Positions 54,180 to 64,000 of a stretch of DNA of 64,000 bases are shown here, in pieces. The stretch is from the NCBI GenBank assembly GCA_964016885.1, contig OZ024742.1, positions 245,210,001 through 245,274,000 on the forward strand. The letters are read 5' to 3'. The first letter of the stretch is position 1. Every line of letters begins with the position of its first letter. Under the pieces are notes generated by a model, which saw only the letters and a list, made by a program, of their open reading frames with translations, made no database searches and was not told the DNA's origin. Source of the stretch: Eledone cirrhosa. Its lineage: Eukaryota. A program made the position numbers and the translations under genes.

Positions 54180-56238
54180 CTGAAAAAGAGAGAGAGTTAA
54201 TCTAAATATATATATATACACATATACACAGTACATGCTGTAAAGTAGTTGGTGTTAGTAAGGGCATTCAGCCATAGAAAGCTTGTCAAACAAAGGGTTG
54301 GAAGGACCCTTCAGTTTGTGTTAAAAGACATGACTACTTCTCCTCTGCACTCAACATGACAATACGTAAGTGGGATGCAGATCCCTTGGCCTGCAGGGTA
54401 AGTGGCCATTAAATGTTGATGATGATGATGATGATGAGATGATATCTCATCATCATCATATTTTAATATCTATTTTCCATACTTGCATGGGTTAGATGGG
54501 TTGTTACATTATGAGACAAGTCAGCTCCAGGGACCATGTCTTGCTCATATGGCTTGATTTCTATGGCCAGATGCCCTTTCTAATGTCAACCATGTTATAG
54601 TGTGAACTGGGTGCTTTTTATTGAGACACCAAAACAACCATCTAACAGGGAGGACTGGGTGCTTTATCATTATGCCACCAGCATGACCACCTCACAGGGT
54701 GAACTGAGTGATTTCTTTTCTCGTGTCACCAACACGACCACTATTCAGGTTGGACTGAGTGCTTTTTTTTCTCATGTTACCAGCATAGCCATTATACAGT
54801 GCTTTTTCTCCTGTGTCAGCAGCACGGCCACCTTACAGAGTAGATTGGGTGCTGCCTCTTGTTATGTTACCTTGTTACTGGGTTAGTATTGGTAACTTGA
54901 TAGTGAGTGTTTTCAGATTAATAATGTTTTTTACATAAAATGATAGCAGACATTAAGCAATGATGATGATACACTTAAAATAAAAAGTTTTCAGTCATGG
55001 AACCAGGGGTGGTTTCAGGTGAGTTAGTATCAAAAGGGCGAAAGTAGTTTAAAGTGTGAAATAAAGTGCTTATTAAAATTTGTTGGCAGTTTTGCATTAT
55101 GTGACATGTACATTTGATAACCCTTTGAGGATATCATCATCATCATCATCACTATCATCATCATCATCATTATGTTTGTCTTCCGTGGTTGGCTGGATTG
55201 AATAGCTTGTCACTGTCCAAGGCTGGACAGGTCTGAGAGATTGCATTTTACCCATGCGTTCCACATTTGGCATGGTTTCTGTGGCTGGATGTCCTTCCTA
55301 ACACCAAACACTTTGCAGGGTGTACTGGGTGCATTTTATTGTAATATTATGAATAAAAATAGCAATCTTTTCAAAATCAAATTATTTGTGTTTACTTTTT
55401 CTAATCAGTCTTGGGTTAGATGGGTTTGCAATTCACCAACTTTTTACATATCTAAACTTTTCACTCTCTGTTACATTTGGACTTTTTCAATTATGAGTAC
55501 CTTTCACTATAAACTCATGGCACATTTTGAAATGAATAAGAAAAACAAATGAAATTTACAGCTCACACCTATACAGGTTGAGCTCACCTCTAACAAGGTA
55601 GTATTTCATAGGAGGTATCTAGGATATTTTAATGATAGGTTCTCCCACTCCTATCACGAAAAGCAGTATGAAATGAAGCATCTTGTTCAAGAACACAATG
55701 ATTTCTGGACTGGGGTGCACATTGTGTTCTTGAACAAGATGCTTCATTCCACATTAGGATTGGAACCCCTATCATTAAAATATCATCATCATCATTACTA
55801 TCATTTAACGCCTGCTTTTCCGTGCTGGTATGTCACAGACTAAGTCAATACTTAATTGGAGCTACTATCCTCCCAGAAAGACTGGGGACCAGGTCTCACA
55901 TACGTTCTAGTTTTGGCATGGCTTTTACAGCTGGATGCCCTTCCTATCACCAACCACTTTACAGCATTTTTTCACACATCTGTCAGGAGAGAGTAGTGGT
56001 GCTATGAAAAAAATGAATCCGGTACATGTCATAAAGTGGTTGGTGTTAGGAAGGTCATCCAACAGTAGAAACTATGCCAAAATTGAACATAATGAGCAAG
56101 ACACTCTTGTTTGACCTGCCTGTCTAGCTTTAAAGCATGAGAACCAGTCTAATAGATGAAAGCATGATGATGATGATGATGATGACACCCCTCATATAAT
56201 GTAAAATAGTTTGCCCACTAATGCTAAAAGTTACTTAC

Positions 56239-56346
56239 CTTCAAATCAATGCCACACACTTCCCAACTTGGGTTAAAGGGAAGATGTATTTCACCCTTCT
56301 TGGCAAACCATTTGTACAAAGTATCCAGCTGTTGTTGAAGACACAA
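56239..56346 (-). CDS. PIK3C2A: Class II PI3K exon, kinase N-lobe
   Basis: LCLQQQLDTLYKWFAKKGEIHLPFNPSWEVCGIDLK; ttcag/gtaagt; 108 nt. Confidence 0.9.
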
Positions 56347-57552
56347 CTGAAATTGAAGAAATAACATACTTTGAAATATGAAATGAGCCTCCATTGTTTA
56401 ACGTAATTCTCAAAGAGATTCAGCATAACACAGTGCATGATAAGGCTGGATCTTTGACTTATATGTACTGTTCATCTGATAGGCTTCCAAACAGTTTCCA
56501 CTTACTCAGTTTGACATACAAGGCATTGGTCAACCCAAGGCAAAGGTAAATGACACTTGCCCAAGATGCCACACAATGGGATTGAACCTGGGATTGTGAA
56601 GCAAGCTCCTAAACCATTTGGTCATGCTGTATCCTCCTTTGAAATAAACCTCTTCAACAAATTGGCGATTGTATTGAAGTAAATACAGCCAGACACCAGT
56701 AATGTCACAGGTGAACTCAGAAGGAAAAGGACCAAAGTAAATACCTCAGCTCATCACATCCAACACCAATCCATCATTCAAAAGAATGAAATGAAAAGCT
56801 GTACTCAACATGATCTGAACTTAGAACACATACAGCCAGAACAAATATCACTGAGCATATAATCGGACACTCCAAAGAGACTGCTCATTTACTTCAGTAG
56901 CCAACAGATACCAGTTTGACAAAACTTACTACTTAACCCTTTCATAATCATATACACTCTATTTCAAATAGTTAATGAAAAATTTATCTAAAACCCTTTT
57001 GTCATAATTTTATGCGAGAACATTTAAGTTATGTTATAAACACCAGCTTGATAATGAGAAAGTTAGTTATAGTACTAAATCCCTTCAAGTTCTTGACTAT
57101 TTTCAGAATGATTTGAAAATCATATTGAGTGTCTTTCATTAGAAACATGGTAACAAAAGAATTATTGATAGGGGAAGTCTACATTTATATAATGGAATAT
57201 GCAGTAGCTCTGTCAACAAAAAAGAGCTGATCAGTAGATTGAACAAAGGATACAATGTTTCCATTGGTCATTCCATTGCTGTTACTAATAAAGAGTTTTG
57301 TTGAAGAACATGTATTTCCCAGTTCAGAATCAAACCCACAACCTTATTATTGTGAGTCTAACATTTTCACCACTAAGCCAAGTGCCACCAAAATCCTAAG
57401 TTATTGTAAGGTAATGGTGGCCTTAGTAACTGAGCTTTTAGATAAATCCATTCAATAAATTGGTGAAGGACTGCCTCACACCTGTACGTTACAAATAGAA
57501 GGAAAACAAAACAGAAAAACCAAAACCAAAATGAAAAAATACCCTTCCTTAC

Positions 57553-57727
57553 ATCTTTGTCTTTTGATGCTTTCAACTTTTCAGCCATAGAACTGAGTAT
57601 TTTCATCATATCTTCCTGTTTACGGAATTCTTCATATAGAGATTCTCCAGCAACATTTGCAAGAGCCACAAACATTAATTTGAACCAATGTTTGCAGGAA
57701 TTGTCCTGAGCAGCACCTTTTAGTAAC
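57553..57727 (-). CDS. PIK3C2A: Class II PI3K exon
   Basis: LLKGAAQDNSCKHWFKLMF...KQEDMMKILSSMAEKLKASKDKD|gtaagg; 175 nt. Confidence 0.9.
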
Positions 57728-58271
57728 CTACACATTTAAAAGAGATAAGATATAAAATATCACAAACACATGATATTAGACATCATATATATCAATTTTA
57801 GAAAGAAACTATGAACAGGTAAATTGATAGGATTTGAACCATGTATTCTATAGCTTGTAAATCTATGGACTTGTTGTTCTTCTTGAGTTATCTCTCCATT
57901 GAAGGTGAAGCATGCACAAAGCTCTTGTTCCAGACTTCCCAGTCTCTCATTGCAGCAAGAAGATCCTGTCCAGTGTACCGCATCAACAGAGTCCTGATGG
58001 TTATGTTTGGACGTCCTACTCAGTGCTTTGCATCTTGTGATCAGAGAAGCAGCTTCCCTGCAGGTTCATCATGGTGGGAAACATGACCAGCAAGAGCCAT
58101 GCAACAGGATTGAACTTTCAATAAAACTTTATCAGTGCTACTGACCTCTCAGATGGGCTGGCCACCATATCTCACTTACATACATTCCCACATTCTTCAG
58201 GGAACAGATACATTCACTTTGAAAAATACATGAATAAATATATAAAGAAACAAATATTAATAGATACAAAC

Positions 58272-58366
58272 CAGAAGAATTTGTGAGCAAACTGGATACT
58301 GTTGCAAGACTTTTCTAATAACATTTTAGCCAGTGGGGAGTTGTGATAGCAATCAAACTTGAGGGC
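58272..58366 (-). CDS. PIK3C2A: Class II PI3K exon, helical domain
   Basis: ALKFDCYHNSPLAKMLLEKSCNSIQFAHKFF(W); 95 nt. Confidence 0.93.
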
Positions 58367-59780
58367 CTGAGAAAGATAAAAAAGAATTGAAATAAGTAAT
58401 AAAACCAATACACACACACACATATATATATATGTGTAAATATATATATGTTGGGTGTGTGTGTGTATAGGTACCCAAGTTGTGTCAGGAGTAACCACAG
58501 TTAAAAATGGTACTCAATACTTTGGTAGAGTATAGGCATTTTTTTATTTTATATATCAGGACTTTCTTGATGATTTCATAGAAAATGAAACAGTTCTAGT
58601 CCTGTAGAAGTCATTTCTATATAAAATTAAAAAAGATATATATATATATAGAGAGAGGACATTAGTCTGTACCAATATCACCACCCATACACTCTCATCA
58701 CCCGTACACCTTAATACCCATTTCCAGCCTGTATAAACATTTCACCTCCTTCCTGCAACCCAAGACTTCATGAGCTAACAAACCTGGATAAGTGCAAGTG
58801 AGATTTGTTTGTTATGCCTTCTGGCAGAGTCATCAGTACATTGGATAGAATGCTTTGTAGTATTCGTTTTAGAGTTCAAATCCCACCAAGGTCAACTTTG
58901 CCTTTCATCCTTTCGAGATCGATAAAAAAAGTACCAGTCTAATACTAATTCTTCCTCTATGTCTCAACCTCACTTTCTATCTTTTTCTGGAAGAATCTGC
59001 TGTATTCAGACCTGGAGAGGGTCTTAAAATGTCCAAGAAACACCATATGCCACTGTGGTACCCCTACAACTCCATCAGTAGTTATGGGACCATACCATAC
59101 TACCATCAGGAGAATGTGCAATAAGAAGATTTTTTACTACATGCTTGCCAGGTCATAAAATTTTTAGTTGCAATGGATTTTCATGGGTAAAATGATAATA
59201 TATTTACATACGTGTGTCTATTATCATCATCAGTTAATGTCCATTTTCTATGCTTGCATAGGTTAGATAGGTTTTCATGTTATGACACAAGTCAGGTCTG
59301 GAGACCACACCATGCTCATACAGATCTGTATTTTGGTTGGGTTTTTACAGCTGGATGCCCTTCCCAGTATGAACTGGGTGTTCTTTATCATGCCACTAAA
59401 ATGACCACTTAACAGGGTGGACTGGGTGCTTTTTGTTGTGTCACCAGCACGACTATGTTACAGGGTGGACTAGGTGCTTTTTGTCGTCTCACCAACACAA
59501 CCATTATACCAGGTGGACTGGGTGCGTTTTGTTGTGTCACAAATACGACCACCTTACAAAGTGGACCAGATGCTTTTTCTCATGTCACCAGCATGATTTC
59601 CTTACAGGTTGGACTGTGTGTTTTGCTGTTGTGCCACCGGATCAACATACAGGGTGGACTTAGTGCTTTTTGTTATGGTAACAGCATTATGGAAGATCAG
59701 ATGTAGAGTATGTATGTATACATTAATAGAAATATTTAAAATATATAATAGGAACAGATAACATATATAGTAAAACATAC

Positions 59781-59874
59781 CTCTATCAATTGAGGAAGAT
59801 AATCAATAAGTTGATCAGTTGGAAGACTCTGTAAACACTCAACAGCCATAGCCCTGACATGGGCATCAGGATAA
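59781..59874 (-). CDS. PIK3C2A: Class II PI3K exon, helical domain
   Basis: YPDAHVRAMAVECLQSLPTDQLIDYLPQLIE; AG/GT flanks; 94 nt. Confidence 0.93.
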
Positions 59875-59959
59875 CTGAAAAACAAAGAAAGGATACATAG
59901 ATATATATACTAGCACAGTACCCAAGAAAAATGATGGGGTGTATAGTGATAGTAATAGA

Positions 59960-59995
<36 letters not shown>

Positions 59996-59996
59996 G

Positions 59997-60051
<55 letters not shown>

Positions 60052-60117
60052 CAGCAGTAGCAGCAGCAGCAATAGAAGTAGTCAAGTAGTAGTAGTAGTA
60101 GCAATAGTAGTTGTAGT
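59960..60117. repeat. (AGC)n/(AGT)n trinucleotide microsatellite (similar at 44245-44400 and 44535-44660)
   Basis: Direct reading. Confidence 0.95.
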
Positions 60118-60134
60118 AAAGGTCAATATATTGC

Positions 60135-60465
60135 AATTAACTTGGTGGGCATGAGGAGACACTTGGCATTGATGAAAATCAATTGGCCACTCTTTTCCAG
60201 AAGACTTTTGGTTCAGGGCCCATGGAAAAATTTCAGAAATTCTTAGCCTGGCTATGCTAATGAAGAGCATTGCCAGTTCGAGATAATCTTTACAGGCATG
60301 GAAGTGCTATCTGCCAGACCCATCCGAGATGCGCGCAGGGCAACGAAACTGTCATGCATGCAATTATTCAGTATCTTGGTGACTTGTGGATTTATTTCAA
60401 GCTGCTGCTGTCATGTGTGGGATGGATGCGACTATCAACTGAGTCCATTCTGAAAATCATTCTGC
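60135..60465 (+). mobile_element. Decayed L1/Tx1-like C-terminal zinc-knuckle fragment
   Basis: ALPVRDNLYRHG...PRCAQGNETVMHAI resembles zf-RVT. Confidence 0.5.
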
Positions 60466-60469
60466 CTTC

Positions 60470-60990
60470 CATCACTCATGAACACGACCCAGAGATACTT
60501 GAACTTCTCTACATGTTTCAGTGGAAATCCATTTACATGTAGGGTACACTGTGCAGGCTTTCTTGTGATGATGAGTGTCTCAGTTTTCACAGCACTGATT
60601 TTCATTCCAGCCATGCAGCACTCGGCACCAAACCTATCAAGTGCAAGTTGGAGATCATCTTCTGTTGAGTTAAGTAACACCATATTGTCTGCAAACTCCA
60701 ACTAACTGATTTTATACCTGCCAGTCATGATACAACTTCTAACCCAGATGCGCATGTCAATCCTGTTCATGTAAATAAAGAACAGGAGAGGTGACAGTAT
60801 GCACCCTTGGTGGAGTCCAATTCCCACATTGAATGGTTTCGATTTAACACCATTTATCTGAACACAAATACTCAGGCATTTGTATAGAGAAATCAGGGCA
60901 GCAAGAAGCTGACTATTGAATCCATACTCTTGCAGAACCTTCTACAGTAGGTCCTGAGGAACGCAGTCATATGCCTTTTCAAGGTTTACT
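60470..60990 (-). mobile_element. Decayed RTE-like reverse transcriptase fragment
   Basis: NLEKAYDCVP, GLHQGCILSPLLF, FADNMVL, VEKFKYL. Confidence 0.8.
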
Positions 60991-61080
60991 CTCTGATCTC
61001 CGAAATTTGTGGCACCATGACTAATTATTAATATAACAATGATGGAAAAATTCATATAATGAGATGAAAATGATAATTAC

Positions 61081-61269
61081 TAAGGAAGAAGTAGTTCAAA
61101 AGCCTGAGTTGGCTGTATTGGTTGCCAGAGACGAAGTATACTGTAGATTTCAGGTAAACAATGTGACTTCCAGCTGGGAACTGCCTGAAGAACTCGTGGC
61201 AGGAATACAGGGTTATCCATCAGATGTTCTTTTTTGTCCCACAGTAATTTCAACTCAACTTCAGTGCAC
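61081..61269 (-). CDS. PIK3C2A: Class II PI3K exon, helical domain
   Basis: CTEVELKLLWDKKEHL...LPRVLQAVPSW...AFELLLP; AG/GT flanks; 189 nt. Confidence 0.9.
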
Positions 61270-62802
61270 CTGAAATAGACGGGACAATGCAAATATTACT
61301 TCATTAGATAAAGATAATTAACTAAGAAAACAAACTTAGCCCTTTTGTTACCTTATTTCTAATGAAAGACACTGCCTTAAATTTCAGATATTTTTGAAAA
61401 TCATCAAGAATTTGGAGGGATTTATTAATATAACTAACTTTATCATAAATAAGCTGTTGCTTGGACCATAACTTAACAAAGGTTTGTACATAATATTATG
61501 AGGAAACATTTTAGATGAGTATAAATACTTTAAAACAACCACTGTATATTGTAGAAACAAGAGGTGCTTTCAGGCAGTTTAGCATCAATAGAGTTAATAG
61601 CGTTTTTAACCCATTTGTATCATCCAAACAAATATGGCTACCATGAAGACAGGTCTTGTTAAAATTGGTCATACCTGCGCTCATTAACACATTACTTTAA
61701 GTAAAAGAAAATACATTCCAAAGCACAACATTAGTTTCATAATTTCGGTTCTAAGAACACAACATATCTAAAGACTTGCATTACTTATAATTTGAAAGAT
61801 GCTTATTATAAGTGTTTTAAGCTCATTTTCCCCACTAAGGCATGGGTTAACCTTGCTGTCCCTATTACAAGCTTCTTCATTTTTGTCCTATCATCTGTTT
61901 CCCACTTGACCAAACCCCTGGCTTTCATTTCCACCTCTTTACCCATGTTTTTCTTGGCTTTCCCATTCCTCTACTTCCTTCCTCATTCATTTCCATCACT
62001 CTTTTCACCAAGTCACTTTATCCTTTCTCAACACATGACCCAGCCATTTCATTGTGAAAGCCTATTCTTTTATTCAATGCTATAAAATAAATTGTTACAA
62101 AGGTTACTCAGCAGATAGTTTTCTGTACATGGTTATATTGAAAGTATTTTCATCTTTCCTTTTCTGAAAATCTGTTTGCCTAAATTTTCTATAAAATCTA
62201 TGCACTTAAGAGAATTATATTGTTTTATATTTAAAATATACATAACCCTTTTGTTACAAAATCACCTGAAATCATCCCAGGTTCTATGTTACTAAGCTAT
62301 TTATTTTAAAGTGTTTATATTTATGTAAAATCACAGTTTTTGTACTAACCTTTTTAAGCTAAGCTTCAAACACCAGATAAATAATGAGAAACCCCAACAA
62401 ATTCTTGATTATTTTCAAAATTATTTGCCTTTCATTATAAATATGGTAGCAAAAGAGTTAATTAAAACAATAATTATAACAGAGGCTGTATAGATTCGCT
62501 ATGAGATTTCACTGAGTTTTTTAAATTCCTTTTTGTATTTTATGAAGATACATATTAGTAGGATGCTGGACTCAAAATCTTAAGGTCATTGGTTCAATTC
62601 TTTGACCAGACAGTGCAATGTGTTCTTTAGCAAAATACTTTATTTTGTGTTGCTTCTTCTGTTAGGAATTGTGACCAGCAGATAGTATCAGCAATGAAAA
62701 GACAATTAGAAACAATCAGCTCCTTTTCTTTATTTTATATATTTTTATAAAAGGGTTTTTAAAAAAAGGAAAAATAATTGTATAAAGAACTTAAAAACTT
62801 AC

Positions 62803-62883
62803 TGTGTAGCAGAATCTTTCTCTAAAACACCAGCAATTATTTCTTGATCTTCTGGACTTAAAGATTCAAAAGTTTTCTTGATA
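62803..62883 (-). CDS. PIK3C2A: Class II PI3-kinase, first visible coding exon (start of helical/PIK domain; upstream exons lie beyond the window)
   Basis: ttcag|T-IKKTFESLSPEDQEIIAGVLEKDSAT-CA|gtaagt; 81 nt, phase 2/2, in frame with the next exon. Confidence 0.8.
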
Positions 62884-64000
62884 CTGAAATGAAATATTTG
62901 TAAGCTCATTAATTGAATGAAGGATATTTTGATAACTGTGAGATGAGGTTTTAGAAGATTACTGTAAGCGTAATTAAGTGACAACCCACATTGGTACATA
63001 TGTAGTGTGATATGGAAATATTACTCAAGAGACGTTGAGTAGTATATTAACTTATACACTCTCACTGACTTGCATAACTCTTAATGTCTTGTAATGATTT
63101 AACAGAAAATGTCTTTAAAAAAAGGGTTTGTTAATTCAAATGTTTATAATAGACAGATCATCATCAGCATATGAAAATTTTCAGTAAAATAACAACTCTT
63201 GTTTTCAATGTGATGCAGTCATAATATTGTTTTATACTTTTAAAGAATGTCTTGCTAATGCTGTTTTAAGTGGTACAGGACGTTAAGAGTTACGGTACTC
63301 ATTTGTACTATATATATATATATATCATCGTCATCATCATTGTTTTTCATGCAGTTAGATGGGTTGTCATATTTTGAGACTAGACAAGTCAGATGTTAAC
63401 ATTTTGCCATGGTGTATGTGGTTGGATGCCCTTCCTAAGATCAACTATTTTACTGTACTAGGTGCATTTTATTGTGGCACCAACAATACGAACTTACAGA
63501 GTAGACCCTGTACATTTTATTGTGGCACCATCATTACAAACTCTCAGAGTGGACCCTGTGCATTTTATTGTGGCACCAGCACTACTACCTAACAGCATGA
63601 ACTGGTGAATTTTATTCTGGTAGCAGCATTACCATTTTATAACACTAAGGCACTGGTCTCTTTGGCAAGGTTGGGAAAAGCAGTGATGAGAGCAGAGAGG
63701 AAAGGGGGCTACATTGTTTGCCAGATAGAGTTATCCCTTAGTGAGAGAATGAGGAGGAGTGTAAACATAGGCTTGTGGGGGACTGTAGTGGGGATTTGAA
63801 GAAAGTAAGTGATGCCTGGCAGTATACTGTACATCCATCTTTCCATGCTGGCATGGGTTGGATGAAATGCTTTAAGACAATGTTTTACAGCTGGATGCCC
63901 TTCCTGATGCCAAATCTTTTAGTCACCTTGTACAACATAAATTTAAGATCAAGTTTTGCTTTTTGCAAATGTTACTACAGCACATCAGCTACAACATTGT

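Noticed and set aside
59786-60154. Poly-Thr/Ser/Leu/Tyr ORFs (also 44039-45032)
   Set aside because: Trinucleotide microsatellites; only the embedded PI3K exons are coding.

Overview
AT-rich, (TA)n-rich animal genomic DNA. The SINE/LINE repertoire suggests a coleoid cephalopod, probably Octopus; this is inferred, not verified. The right half (35010-62883, minus strand) carries the last 19 coding exons of a class II PI3-kinase (PIK3C2A/Pi3K68D-like: helical, kinase, PX and C-terminal C2 domains). All have GT-AG junctions and continuous phase, totalling 2500 nt. The left half is a near-identical direct duplication of the gene's downstream flank (1-15563 vs 22505-34579), either a tandem duplication or two haplotypes assembled in tandem. 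The copies differ by an intact full-length RTE LINE (1989-6304), a second RTE insertion, a SINE insertion and a 1.45 kb deletion. A Helitron, CR1/RTE/L1 fragments, SINEs and piggyBac-like MITEs are also present. The most striking signal is about 20 type I hammerhead-ribozyme motifs from roughly ten unrelated sequence families. Most lie in Penelope-like elements inserted in (TA)n, many as head-to-head fold-backs with one hammerhead per arm, and some have unusual cores (C3U/G8A, U4C, 114-nt stem II). All coordinates and folds were read by eye, not computed.
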